Positions 37,901-47,152 are shown, numbered from the stretch's first letter. The stretch is DNA of 64,000 bases from an uncultured Ignavibacteria bacterium (GCA_937870915.1 CALMZQ010000183.1:60317-124316); one strand, 5' to 3'. The notes: a model not told the origin generated them from the letters alone. Numbers and translations: made by a program.

Positions 37901-38794
37901 ACCGGGATAGCTCCCCCATTCTCGATAAGCTCTCAGGTGCCTGTACTTCCAACGCTGCTTGCTCCCGGAAGTTCGGCTACCATTGAGATCACGTACGGGT
38001 TTATGGGATTTGACAGGCGAGACACAATCGAGATCATCTCAACAACGAGTGGGCCGTGCGCTGATACAACTCGTTTTGAGGTGCGGGGCGCTACAACGTC
38101 ACCAGGCATTATCACAGGTGTGGTCGTGAGTGCTCCGGCCGTTGTAGGTACGGCAGGAAGTATCATCAACATTCCTTTAACCCTTGAGTCAAATCAACCG
38201 ATAGATACGGTCAACATCAGAGAACTATTAGTGCATGTTTCCTACGACCCACGCATAGTTAAAGCGATTGGAATTGAGCAGGGGGCTGATGGTGCGCAAG
38301 GATCCGTTGTTGAGACCGTTCCCGGACAAGCGCGTATAACGATCACGAGCCCCAATCCGATCACACCTACCTCTCCATTGGTTGTTGTTAGAGCTCGTAC
38401 GTATGTGTCTGCCTCAACCACAACGCCTTTTTCGATCGATTCCGTGTGGGCAACCGGCGCTGTGATCACCGGACGTAATGGGTCGGTTACCGTAGTGGCA
38501 GATTGTGATATCAAGGCCGAACTTACCGCCCTTGGAACACCGGCAGCCCTCCGTGTATATGGAATAGGCTACGGAACATTGACCGCCGGCATCACCACCC
38601 TTACAAATGAGACAAGCGTTGTGAGTCTTTACGATGTCACCGGCAGACACCTTTTAACACCACTTTCTGCCAATTTGCCAGTTGGGACGTATCGCTTGGA
38701 CGTCGATGTTTCGTCGCTACCATGCGGTGCGGCATTAGTTGTATTCAGGAATGGACTCCAGGTGCGTTCCGAGGTCGTGTATCTTTGCCGATGA
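34910..38794 (+). CDS. Giant secreted cell-surface protein with an N-terminal lamin-tail-like domain, Ig-like and multiple ASH/HYDIN-like ('choice-of-anchor D'-like) repeats, and a T9SS C-terminal sorting domain
   Basis: 1294 aa with an ATG start. LTD-like VVSEYYNIQFVEAEWSEFLVVQDN…AGTIIVLWHR. At least seven repeats of the …L.FG….G…..L.I.N.G…..I.V……F…………..pG……v.F.P…G… type. C-terminus …SLYDVTGRHLL…GTYRLDVD…VVFRNGLQVRSEVVYLCR matches a T9SS CTD. Confidence 0.8.
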   Translation: MNRLQLLAMIALIFVLPLSRAKTQEMVVSEYYNIQFVEAEWSEFLVVQDNFNAVGYMISDANTDQTVRQGGPQFRDVPLWRNLRAGTIIVLWHRAIPPTSTIDTNAADGYLELSSTDQRFFNTLLFPGGVDGMNMADAGDLVQIMKPDTTNVHMLGHDKPTGPIYTNATGAKVNFDSGAVGAGRSNRVTGRTLAAYSMGITKDSAVAGFNDSRGLPNRWDLARTFQGVPNINHWFWRETREPQWSAPPSVTIISRTAQRHVIEWTPLIDANQQDSTTGYVVLRDTANFTAFPSNAITDGQMIVKGARFGTAIVLDVLPTIKGNRYTDSLDLFCGQSYTYRVYGYRYKQDDQLTVTDDTTARGRQYTELKWAQSPVATKPNPAKPLIQASRTQFCAGDTVSLTTTAVADRYDWTLNGVPLSIGGTTLVVVREPGTYRLTVTADGGCSATSDPITLTALPAQEVDVLPRGTQTICATDSLIITAQTDAPSYEWFKDGTLVNGASGKSIVVRSAGDYFVRTATQQGCPAISSVVRVRIPDVRYRFEKLSLDFGSLGQCTSDTTLSVELINEGSASITVTSASFPAGFALSSPAPGFVVAPGGRQTVQILFAPSVSGISSGTVTFTAIPCNVTSSITVRGVRAQVSAALDRTGVDFGTYTACPTTIIRPDSTFRITNSGTTPITVKVPNVQPPFYLLTSFPLGVVIQPGGNLEVKIQYRPLGADRDRGVVQQISFPFTSASCRDTLRAQLQAASYAPLFELDPDTLDVGAILACANYIDTVITVSNPSPIPVTVTGIVGAGFTFTGGATVIAPNTSTSVSIRIQPTGGNGPFVLDGEITATPCDLKAPVRVEGIVKAPTYTVSTSNMNFGTREFCGPAAPITQRGYVVALGLSGLRSTVNTVSIAAPYSVDVTPGTTFTDTLFFNVTYVPTAVGSFTGVLSMTVGPCSERIDVSLTGLTTGSGRTTTITGNSFGTIGPGQSNTQVIQITNTGSNPITVEPLTGIAPPFSISSQVPVLPTLLAPGSSATIEITYGFMGFDRRDTIEIISTTSGPCADTTRFEVRGATTSPGIITGVVVSAPAVVGTAGSIINIPLTLESNQPIDTVNIRELLVHVSYDPRIVKAIGIEQGADGAQGSVVETVPGQARITITSPNPITPTSPLVVVRARTYVSASTTTPFSIDSVWATGAVITGRNGSVTVVADCDIKAELTALGTPAALRVYGIGYGTLTAGITTLTNETSVVSLYDVTGRHLLTPLSANLPVGTYRLDVDVSSLPCGAALVVFRNGLQVRSEVVYLCR

Positions 38795-39794
38795 TCATCT
38801 GGAGAAAGTCTTGAACGTCCTTGTTACCGGTGCAACCGGTTTTGTTGGTAGTCACGTTGTTGATGTGCTTTTAGAACGTGGCCATTCGGTCTCATTTATT
38901 GCCCGAGCCACGAGTAATATGCGTTGGCTCGAAGGTAAACCGGTTCAGCGCGTTGACGGGTCACTCTTCGATTTACACTCGTTGAAGGATGCCGTTGTAG
39001 GTGCCGATGTTGTGATCCACGTAGCAGGGCTAACCGCAGCCAGAAACGAAGCCGAATTCCTTCGAGGCAATCGCGATGCCACACAGAATTTGGTTGATGC
39101 TATCCGAACTTATCGTCCGGGACTTACGAGATACCTCCACCTCAGTTCTCTAGCGGTGAGTGGACCATCGAAGGACTCAGAGCATCCCAAAGTGGAAGAT
39201 GAGCCCCTTCATCCCATTACGGCATATGGCAGAACCAAGAAGCTTGCCGAGGATATCGTACGTGGAATGACCGATGTTCCATGGACGATTGTTCGTCCGC
39301 CTGCCGTGTATGGACCACGGGATTCTGCCATCCTTACGTTCTTTCAGGCCGTTGATAAGGGGCTAGCCACATTCATCGGCTTCGATGAAAAACGTGTGAG
39401 TTTGGTCCATGTCCGTGATCTTGCACGTGGCATCGTTGATGCTGCCTTTGCCCCCGTTGCAGAAGGACAGATCTATAACATCTCGTCAGATGAAACATAT
39501 ACGTGGCCGGAGGTTGCCTCGTTGACGGGTGCGATCCTTGGAAAACGGAGATTGATCAAGGTCAGGCTTCCTCACGCACTTGTCCTCGGTATTGCCGGCG
39601 TCTCAGGTGCCTTCACAAAGATGCTCGGTAAGCCTTCGGTTCTCGACTATGAGAAGGGCGTGGACATCATTCAGCGGTATTGGACGTGTAGTAACGCAAA
39701 GGCGCGTCGTGACCTGGGCTATCGTCAAGAGATCTCGCTGAAAGACGGATTGAGCGACACTGTACAGTGGTATCGCGAGCAGAAGTGGTTATGA
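38739..39794 (+). CDS. NAD-dependent epimerase/dehydratase family protein
   Basis: Rossmann motif VLVTGATGFVGSHVV. The start may be the TTG near 38811, since the track start overlaps the giant gene's end. Confidence 0.8.
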   Translation: MYSGMDSRCVPRSCIFADDHLEKVLNVLVTGATGFVGSHVVDVLLERGHSVSFIARATSNMRWLEGKPVQRVDGSLFDLHSLKDAVVGADVVIHVAGLTAARNEAEFLRGNRDATQNLVDAIRTYRPGLTRYLHLSSLAVSGPSKDSEHPKVEDEPLHPITAYGRTKKLAEDIVRGMTDVPWTIVRPPAVYGPRDSAILTFFQAVDKGLATFIGFDEKRVSLVHVRDLARGIVDAAFAPVAEGQIYNISSDETYTWPEVASLTGAILGKRRLIKVRLPHALVLGIAGVSGAFTKMLGKPSVLDYEKGVDIIQRYWTCSNAKARRDLGYRQEISLKDGLSDTVQWYREQKWL

Positions 39795-42271
39795 TCCGAG
39801 GATGGCTTCAGGGATTCATCGGTCTTGCGATAACACTCGTGATCCTCATCGTGTGTTTTGCCTTTTTTGCCGTACGTCTTGCCACACGTAGTCACCCGGT
39901 CCCCTACTCGGAATCCCAAGTAAAGGTACACGATACTGTCCGTGTGTTTCGCAATTCATTCGGCATCCCACATATCATCGGTAAATCCATCGATGACGTG
40001 GTGTTTGCTCAGGGATATACCCATGCCCAAGATCGACTATGGCAGATGGATGTGTGGAGAAGGACCGGACGCGGACGTTTAGCAGAAGTACTTGGTCCCA
40101 AGCTCGTTCACGTTGACGCATTTATGCGTGCGATAGATATTGCCGGCATCGTTCAAGCCAATGTAAAGCAGATCGACCCTACCTCGCGCAAACTCATGCA
40201 GGCCTACAGTAATGGCGTGAATGCCTATCTGCGCGAAAATGACGGCAACCTGCCTTTCGAGTTTGATGCACTGGAATACACACCGGAGCCGTGGACTGTT
40301 GAGGACTGTCTCGTGGTTGGAAGAACCATGGCATTCGAAGTTAGTCTTGCGTTTTGGACAGACATTGCCTACGCACAAATCGCGTTTCAACGTGGTGTTG
40401 ATTCCTATCGATCGTATGTACCACGCGGACCTGGAGCCCCTTACGTTCTTGATACAACCAGTGTATTGCGTTCTGATTCAACATCGAACATCGGCCGTGC
40501 CATACGTAACCCCGGTTCGGAGCACATGCCGGGAATGCAACGCATGCTTGCCGATGTACGAAACACGTTAGGTATGCATGGCTCCGGTTATGGCAGCAAC
40601 TGTTGGGCTGTAAAGAAAGTCAGCGGCGGTTCTATCGTAGCCAATGACCCACATCTGGCTGTTTCCATGCCACCGAAATGGTATCAAAATCACTTAAGTG
40701 CACCCGGACTGAATGTAATCGGGATGAGCATACCGGGACTTCCCCTAGTTTTCTCCGGAAGAAACGACAATGTAGCATGGGGCTTTACCAATGCCATGGT
40801 TGATGATGTGGACTATGTAGCAGAACGAGTTGATCCGAAGAACTCGAACTACTACCTCGAAGCAGACGGACGAAGAGTGAAGTTTAAGTATCGCAGAGAT
40901 ACCATCCGTATCAAGGACCAACCGGACTCCTTGATTGATCTGCGGTTTACAAGCAGGTCATGTGTAGTCTCCGATGTTCACCTCCTGAAAGACCCTTCTA
41001 TCCTCTTCGGTATGCCTCGTCAGTTATCGGCAAAGGTGTTGAATTCCACCTGCCTAACGCTCCGATGGACGGCTCGTTATAAAAGTGATGAAGTATTGAG
41101 TCTGTACAGAATCAATACCAGCAGAACGTTTGATGACGTTGTAAGTGCAACACAGACGTGGGTAGCACCGGCGTTGAACTTCAGTGTTGGAACAGCAAAA
41201 GGAACGGTAGGCACCGTAGTTGCGGGAGTGGTTCCCAAGCGAGGAACTGCAGACCCACATTTACCGATCCCTTCATGGGAACCAGGCGCTGATTGGCAAG
41301 GTGTGTTACCCTTGAGGATGCTGGGTGTACTGGTTAATCCAACGCGTGGTTTTGTAGCATCGGCCAATAACAGAACAACATCACGAACAGATGTTTTCAT
41401 CGGCACCCTTTTTGAACCGTCATCTCGAGCACAACGGATCAATGAGCTACTTGCGATCTACCGGGATCCGAGCGTCCGAGATGTTCAGGTGATGCAGCAA
41501 GATGTAGTGTCTCCGTACACAAAGAATTTCCTTGCGAGGATCATTCCTGTACTTAAACGAGGAATGCACCGATATGCTGAATCAGAGAAGCAGGCCCTTA
41601 GAACATTAGATTCATGGGACGGCACACAGTCATCTATCGACGTTTCGGCAAGTATCTATGCAGCACTTTTGCAGCGACTTCTGTGGAATACCTTTGAGGA
41701 CGAACTTGGGCAGCAACTCTACTATGATTGGACGTTTGTAAGCAACATCCCGCTGCGCAGAATTGACGAGCTCATGGAAGATCCAACACATGTGCTTTGG
41801 GATGATACCCGAACACCTCAGCGAGAGGACATGTCGTGGATCGCTATCCGTTCCTATATCGAAGCGATTCGAGAATTGCGAATGACGTTCAAGAACGACA
41901 GAGATACTGCCTGGAGATATGGTGTGATCCACACCATAACGTTTCCCCATCTCTTTGGCTCCAACGAGCTCATGCGGCCCGTTATGAACCAAGGCCCCTT
42001 TGACATATCCGGCAGCCAAACAACCCTGAATAACAGTGAGTGGAACATTGCACAGCCCTACACGACCCGTGTGGCTGCCAGTATGCGCGTTATTTCAGAC
42101 ATGCAGGATAGCGTCCAGTACAGCGTAGTTCCCGGTGGATCGTCCGGCCAGCCCCTACATGCTCACTATGCAGATCAGCTACAGTTATGGCTTAAAGGGG
42201 GCTATGTACGCCTACCCGTGAGACCTAGGCCCGATGTTTCGTTTAGACTCTACCACGTCTTTGTACCGTAA
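39791..42271 (+). CDS. Penicillin amidase (S45) family Ntn-hydrolase; possible acyl-homoserine-lactone/beta-lactam acylase
   Basis: N-terminal membrane anchor. PA-family N-terminus …FGIPHIIGKSIDDVVFAQGYTHAQDRLWQMD…. Nucleophile region …GSNCWAVKK…ANDPHL…. Confidence 0.85.
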   Translation: MIRGWLQGFIGLAITLVILIVCFAFFAVRLATRSHPVPYSESQVKVHDTVRVFRNSFGIPHIIGKSIDDVVFAQGYTHAQDRLWQMDVWRRTGRGRLAEVLGPKLVHVDAFMRAIDIAGIVQANVKQIDPTSRKLMQAYSNGVNAYLRENDGNLPFEFDALEYTPEPWTVEDCLVVGRTMAFEVSLAFWTDIAYAQIAFQRGVDSYRSYVPRGPGAPYVLDTTSVLRSDSTSNIGRAIRNPGSEHMPGMQRMLADVRNTLGMHGSGYGSNCWAVKKVSGGSIVANDPHLAVSMPPKWYQNHLSAPGLNVIGMSIPGLPLVFSGRNDNVAWGFTNAMVDDVDYVAERVDPKNSNYYLEADGRRVKFKYRRDTIRIKDQPDSLIDLRFTSRSCVVSDVHLLKDPSILFGMPRQLSAKVLNSTCLTLRWTARYKSDEVLSLYRINTSRTFDDVVSATQTWVAPALNFSVGTAKGTVGTVVAGVVPKRGTADPHLPIPSWEPGADWQGVLPLRMLGVLVNPTRGFVASANNRTTSRTDVFIGTLFEPSSRAQRINELLAIYRDPSVRDVQVMQQDVVSPYTKNFLARIIPVLKRGMHRYAESEKQALRTLDSWDGTQSSIDVSASIYAALLQRLLWNTFEDELGQQLYYDWTFVSNIPLRRIDELMEDPTHVLWDDTRTPQREDMSWIAIRSYIEAIRELRMTFKNDRDTAWRYGVIHTITFPHLFGSNELMRPVMNQGPFDISGSQTTLNNSEWNIAQPYTTRVAASMRVISDMQDSVQYSVVPGGSSGQPLHAHYADQLQLWLKGGYVRLPVRPRPDVSFRLYHVFVP

Positions 42272-42331
42272 GACTCAGTAGTTCCGTACTTTTGCCGGTC
42301 GTAACCTCCATCACGTACCCCCGAGATATCC

Positions 42332-43816
42332 ATGTCCGTCTCTTGTATCGTTGGAAATCGCCGTTCGGCCAAAGCCGACGCCATTGTGGTCTTCGTTGCT
42401 GAGGATGAAAAACACTTCAAAGCCGCAGAGAAGACTCTGACGTCTGAGATTCCTCATCTTACGCCGGTCTTTGAATCCAAGGACTTCACGGGCAAGGCAA
42501 ATCAGACCATCCTGGCCTACGGTGGATCTGCAACGGCAGCACAGCGAGTGATTCTCGTTGGACTTGGAGAGTCCTCAGGCGTGACGCTTGAGAAGTTTCG
42601 TAGAGCAGCAGCTGCAGCTACAAAGAGAGCAGCAGCCTGTAACTGCAGTCACGTTGCTTTTGAGATCGCTACGATCAATGGCATCGATTCTGCATCCATT
42701 GCCCAAGCGATAACCGAGGGTTCAATCCTAAGCCAGTATCGTTTTGATAAATACAAGACGATAAAGGATGAAGGAAATGGGAATATGGTGAAGAAGGTTA
42801 CCCTTATCACGGATAAGGCCCATCAGAAGGCTGTTACAAAGGGTGCCGGAATTGGTGAATCAATTGTGGATGGTGTAACGCTAGCCCGTGACCTCGCCAA
42901 TGCTCCAAACAACGAAATCTACCCGGAAACACTTGCAAAGCGTGCTCAAGAAGCAGGGCGCAAAGCTGGTTTTAAGACAACAGTTCTCGATAAAAAGAAG
43001 ATCGAAGAACTCAAGATGGGTGGACTCCTTGGCGTGAATGCCGGAAGCGTTCGTCCTCCGGTCTTCATCGTGATGGAGTATATGAAGGGTCCAAAGAACG
43101 AGAAGCCCCTTGTCTTGGTTGGCAAAGGCATCACGTTCGATACCGGTGGTATATCGATCAAGCCTGGCGCCGGAATGAGCGACATGAAGAGCGACATGCA
43201 TGGTGCTGCCTCGGTGATCGGCACAATGTACACGATCGCAAAACTTGGACTCAAGCGTAACGTGGTTGCCCTGGTACCTTCAACAGAGAATATGCCAAGT
43301 GGAACGGCCTATGTTCCAGGTGACATCCTCACGTTTATGAACGGCAAAACAGCAGAGATCGACAATACGGATGCCGAAGGTCGCCTGGTTCTCGCTGATG
43401 CGCTTTGTTATGCAGATCGATTCAAGCCTAGTGCCGTTATCGACTTAGCCACACTTACCGGAGCCATCGCTGTTGCGCTTGGCACAGTTACAACAGGAAT
43501 GATGGGAACGGATGAAAAGACGAAAAACCGCCTTCGTGTTGCCGCTGAGAAGACAAACGAATACGTATGTGAACTCCCCCTCTACGATGAATACAATGAG
43601 CTGATCCATAGTGACTATGCGGACATCAAAAATTCCGGCGGTCGTTATGCAGGCTCAATTACAGCGGCCCTATTCCTCAAGCACTTTGTCTCGTATCCAT
43701 GGGTTCACCTAGACATCGCCGGCACAGGAATTCAGCCCAAGGCTTCGCACTATACGCCTAAGGGTGGTTCCGGCGTTGGCGTTAGACTCTTGACGGAAAT
43801 GCTCCGCCATTGGTGA
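42332..43816 (+). CDS. pepA: Leucyl aminopeptidase (M17)
   Basis: 494 aa. NTDAEGRLVLADAL and …GKGITFDTGGISIKP… M17 signatures. Confidence 0.9.
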   Translation: MSVSCIVGNRRSAKADAIVVFVAEDEKHFKAAEKTLTSEIPHLTPVFESKDFTGKANQTILAYGGSATAAQRVILVGLGESSGVTLEKFRRAAAAATKRAAACNCSHVAFEIATINGIDSASIAQAITEGSILSQYRFDKYKTIKDEGNGNMVKKVTLITDKAHQKAVTKGAGIGESIVDGVTLARDLANAPNNEIYPETLAKRAQEAGRKAGFKTTVLDKKKIEELKMGGLLGVNAGSVRPPVFIVMEYMKGPKNEKPLVLVGKGITFDTGGISIKPGAGMSDMKSDMHGAASVIGTMYTIAKLGLKRNVVALVPSTENMPSGTAYVPGDILTFMNGKTAEIDNTDAEGRLVLADALCYADRFKPSAVIDLATLTGAIAVALGTVTTGMMGTDEKTKNRLRVAAEKTNEYVCELPLYDEYNELIHSDYADIKNSGGRYAGSITAALFLKHFVSYPWVHLDIAGTGIQPKASHYTPKGGSGVGVRLLTEMLRHW

Positions 43817-43844
43817 GCTTCGGACTCCACTACATACCGACGCT

Positions 43845-44459
43845 ATGACCGACATCGAAACCCTCCGTAAGGAATTCGAAGCCGAGGCGATACCGCACAT
43901 GTCGGCATTGTATACGTTCGCTGTACGCCTAACAAGGGATTCGGATGATGCTTCCGATCTCGTGCAAGAAACGTTCCTCAAGGCATTTCGATTCTTTGAT
44001 AAGTTCGAGCGCGGAACTAACTGCAAAGCATGGCTGTTTCGGATCCTTAAGAACTCGTATATCAACCGTTTCCGGAAGACCTCCAAGGCACCGGATACGG
44101 TTGAGTATGATGTGGTTGAGGAATTCTACGAGACGATACGCGATAGCACCGTTGAAACATCGGTACTTGAGGAACAGCTGTTCTCTCAGGCACTTGACGA
44201 TGAAGTTTCTAGTGCGATCGACGATCTACCCGAAGAATTCCGTACCGTGATCATACTCTGTGACATCGAGGGATTCACTTACGAAGAGATCGCCGAATTC
44301 ATTGACTGTCCTATTGGGACAGTCCGTTCACGTCTGCACCGTGCGCGAAAGATCCTGGCAGGCCAATTGGCGAACTACGCGAAAAGTCGCGGGTTCACGA
44401 TTGAGCCTGATGGTCTTCATACGCCGGGGTTACCTATACCAGACAGAGGGAACGTTTAA
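43845..44459 (+). CDS. ECF-family RNA polymerase sigma-70 factor
   Basis: 204 aa. Region 2 (…LVQETFLKAFRFFDKF…) and region 4 (…FRTVIILCDIEGFTYEEIAEFIDCPIGTVRSRLHRAR…). Confidence 0.85.
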   Translation: MTDIETLRKEFEAEAIPHMSALYTFAVRLTRDSDDASDLVQETFLKAFRFFDKFERGTNCKAWLFRILKNSYINRFRKTSKAPDTVEYDVVEEFYETIRDSTVETSVLEEQLFSQALDDEVSSAIDDLPEEFRTVIILCDIEGFTYEEIAEFIDCPIGTVRSRLHRARKILAGQLANYAKSRGFTIEPDGLHTPGLPIPDRGNV

Positions 44460-45295
44460 TGAAACACCAACATGAACAGGCCGATCTCATTTCGGCATAC
44501 CTTGATGGCGAAATTCATAGCGCCGAGGACATCGCCAAGGTTGAACACCTCATAGCAAACGATCCAAAGCTCCGACGTGAATCTGAGTTATTGCGATCCT
44601 TGAAGACGAGCCTCAGCGCTAGGTCAGCAGATCTTAGGACACCAGTGCCTGTTGATCTCGAACGCACCATTCGTTTGTCGCTTGGTGAAGAAGTTTCGAA
44701 GCGCAGCGTCCAAGAGTCTGCCCCAACCTTTGTTCAGAAGATCATTTCATGGTTGGCTCGCCCATTGGTTGCAATACCATCGGCCCTTGTTCTTGCAATT
44801 GCGGTTACGGGCATCTTCATGCTGTTGAGTCGGGCTGATGCACACTTCGAACTTTCATCCGCATCCTATGCGAATTTTGAGGCCGTCTTACGCGGAGACA
44901 TCAAGCTCGTTCGAGTAACCTCTGATACGGCAGAACTCCAGAGATTCTTCCGCGAGCAAGGTGTGACGTATACGGTGTTTTACCCTCAGATCGACGCTGA
45001 GTTAAAGGGTGGCGTTGTGTCACAACATGGCGATAAGAAATTCGCCCACCTCGTGTATGGGTCCGGAGCACACCTCGTCTACCTGTTTGAGGTGGACGTC
45101 CCTTCAATCGAAAGTGGCACCGTTACTCTTGCTGAAGAGATTGCCAAGGATGTACAAGAAAGTCGCTGGCACTGGGAAGAAAAGGATAACGTAGGCACAC
45201 TTTTTGTTTGGAAAAGCAATACGGTGATGTGTTCAGCCGTCTCTGACATGAACACTCAAGAATTTTCCGCACTGTTTCGACTCGAGACACTCTAA
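44459..45295 (+). CDS. Anti-sigma factor (single-pass membrane protein)
   Basis: Overlaps the sigma factor stop (ATGA). N-terminal …ADLISAYLDGEI… helix, then a transmembrane segment LVAIPSALVLAIAVTGIFML. Confidence 0.6.
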   Translation: MKHQHEQADLISAYLDGEIHSAEDIAKVEHLIANDPKLRRESELLRSLKTSLSARSADLRTPVPVDLERTIRLSLGEEVSKRSVQESAPTFVQKIISWLARPLVAIPSALVLAIAVTGIFMLLSRADAHFELSSASYANFEAVLRGDIKLVRVTSDTAELQRFFREQGVTYTVFYPQIDAELKGGVVSQHGDKKFAHLVYGSGAHLVYLFEVDVPSIESGTVTLAEEIAKDVQESRWHWEEKDNVGTLFVWKSNTVMCSAVSDMNTQEFSALFRLETL

Positions 45296-45837
45296 TGAAA
45301 ACTGTCCTAGCTCTCGCCACCCTGGCAATCATCGTCACGGGCACCATCATCGGTACGAGTGGTACACCGCAGACCCCTCCGGTGAAGGTCTACATGGTTG
45401 AAACCGTTGCAAAACGAGTCGCCAACAAGGCCGTAGATTTCTCTTGGAAAGATGGCGGACGATCCGTGTCCTTCTCTGAGGTAACCAAGGGTAAGGTTGT
45501 GCTTGTGAACATTTGGGCTACTTGGTGCGGACCGTGCAAGCGTGAGCTACCGGACCTCGTAGCACTCTCCAATGAAATGGCAGGTAAGGGTGTTGTAGTC
45601 TTCGGCATTAGCGTGGACCAAAAGGACGATCGGTTCCAGATGGTCAAGACGTTCGCTGAAAAGATGGGAATCCCGTACATCAATGTTATCGACAATCTTC
45701 AGATCTCTGAGGCCTACGGTGGGATTCAATCTATTCCAACCACCTTCATCATTGACCGTCAGGGCAATGTTGTTCAGCGCATCATTGGGATGCAATCAAA
45801 AGAAGCGTTTGCGGCCGCTATTCAAAAGGCAATGTAA
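45295..45837 (+). CDS. TlpA/ResA-like thiol-disulfide oxidoreductase
   Basis: 180 aa. WATWCGPCKRE thioredoxin-fold active site. N-terminal signal/anchor. Confidence 0.8.
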   Translation: MKTVLALATLAIIVTGTIIGTSGTPQTPPVKVYMVETVAKRVANKAVDFSWKDGGRSVSFSEVTKGKVVLVNIWATWCGPCKRELPDLVALSNEMAGKGVVVFGISVDQKDDRFQMVKTFAEKMGIPYINVIDNLQISEAYGGIQSIPTTFIIDRQGNVVQRIIGMQSKEAFAAAIQKAM

Positions 45838-45842
45838 TCGGC

Positions 45843-47144
45843 CTACGTCCACACGTCAATGATCATCGACGGCTCCTGTAGAACAGGGGCCGTTGTTGTT
45901 TTTATCACTAGCGAAGCCTTCTTGGCCAAGGTCTCTCGTTTCTGATCATCAGCCGCATAGATCAAGGCAAGGGGCTCACCGGCATCTACTTCAGTGCCGG
46001 TCTTTTGCAGCAAGACAATGCCTGCGATAGGATCGATACTGTCTGTCTCAACAAGTCTGCCCGATCCTGCATCCATCGCCAGTACTGCCAAGGCTCGTGC
46101 ATCGATATGATCCACAGTTCCTGCGGTATCTGCGCAGACCTCAACCGGTGTGAACGCGGAATAGTGAGTTACACTATCTAGCCATCTACCTCCTTGTCGG
46201 GCGATCATTTCATGGAATACGATGTGCGCTGCGCCCGAACGCCAAGCCTCTACTACCCTGTTGCGAGCTTGGTGTTCATCGGTAACCATTCCCGAAAGTA
46301 GCAGCATGTGAGCGGTGAGGGTAATGGTGACCTCTGCCAGATCACCGTGGGCTCTACCTGCGAGTGCGATCTCAGCCTCAGCTACTTCGAGCCAATTCCC
46401 AATTGTTCTTCCAAGTGGCTGGTCCATCCGTGTAAAGACGAATGTCACAGGAAGGCCTACGGCATGGCACACCTTCTGAATCGATTCTGCTAGTTGCTGC
46501 GCTTGGCTGAGAGTAGGTAGGAATGCTGCCTGACCAACCTTCATATCCATAACAAGGCCGTCCAGCCCCTCAGCAAGCTTTTTACTGAGAATGGAGGCCG
46601 TGAGTAGGCTAATGTTTTCAACGGTGCCTGTGACGTCTCGCAGGGCATAGGTAATCCTATCCGCAGGTACCAGATCCGGAGTTTGTCCGGCCATGAAGAG
46701 ATGGTATTCTCTCAAGAGCCGTGTCATTTCTGTGATTGGCAGGTTTGTGGTGAGCCCGAGGACACTTTCGAGCTTATCCAGGGTTCCCCCTGTATGCCCA
46801 AGTCCTCTACCGCTGATCATCGGGACACTTAGTCCACAGGCTACGGCTAATGGTGCTAAGAGGAGCGATACCTTATCCCCTACTCCACCGGTTGAATGTT
46901 TGTCGATACGTGGTCGCTCTGTTGTAGAGGTAGGTATGTGAGCACCGGATCTCGACATGGCCAATGTGAGATCCGCCGTTTCCCTGTCCGTTAGCCCCCT
47001 ACAACATGCAGCCATAAGGAAGGCTCCGATCTGGGCGGAGCTTACGTGATGATTAACGATGTCTGCAACGAATCGAGTCATCTCGTCTGTGGTCCAAGAA
47101 GCCCCTTCTCGTTTATCTCGCAGTAGTTCTTTCGTGCTCTTCAT
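45843..47144 (-). CDS. deoA: Thymidine / pyrimidine-nucleoside phosphorylase
   Basis: KHSTGGVGDKVS and SGRGLGHTGGTLDKLE motifs. Start taken at MKSTKELL (~47144), not the longer track ORF that would overlap the divergent trmH-like gene. Confidence 0.85.
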   Translation of the reverse strand: MKSTKELLRDKREGASWTTDEMTRFVADIVNHHVSSAQIGAFLMAACCRGLTDRETADLTLAMSRSGAHIPTSTTERPRIDKHSTGGVGDKVSLLLAPLAVACGLSVPMISGRGLGHTGGTLDKLESVLGLTTNLPITEMTRLLREYHLFMAGQTPDLVPADRITYALRDVTGTVENISLLTASILSKKLAEGLDGLVMDMKVGQAAFLPTLSQAQQLAESIQKVCHAVGLPVTFVFTRMDQPLGRTIGNWLEVAEAEIALAGRAHGDLAEVTITLTAHMLLLSGMVTDEHQARNRVVEAWRSGAAHIVFHEMIARQGGRWLDSVTHYSAFTPVEVCADTAGTVDHIDARALAVLAMDAGSGRLVETDSIDPIAGIVLLQKTGTEVDAGEPLALIYAADDQKRETLAKKASLVIKTTTAPVLQEPSMIIDVWT

Positions 47145-47152
47145 AGGTTTGC

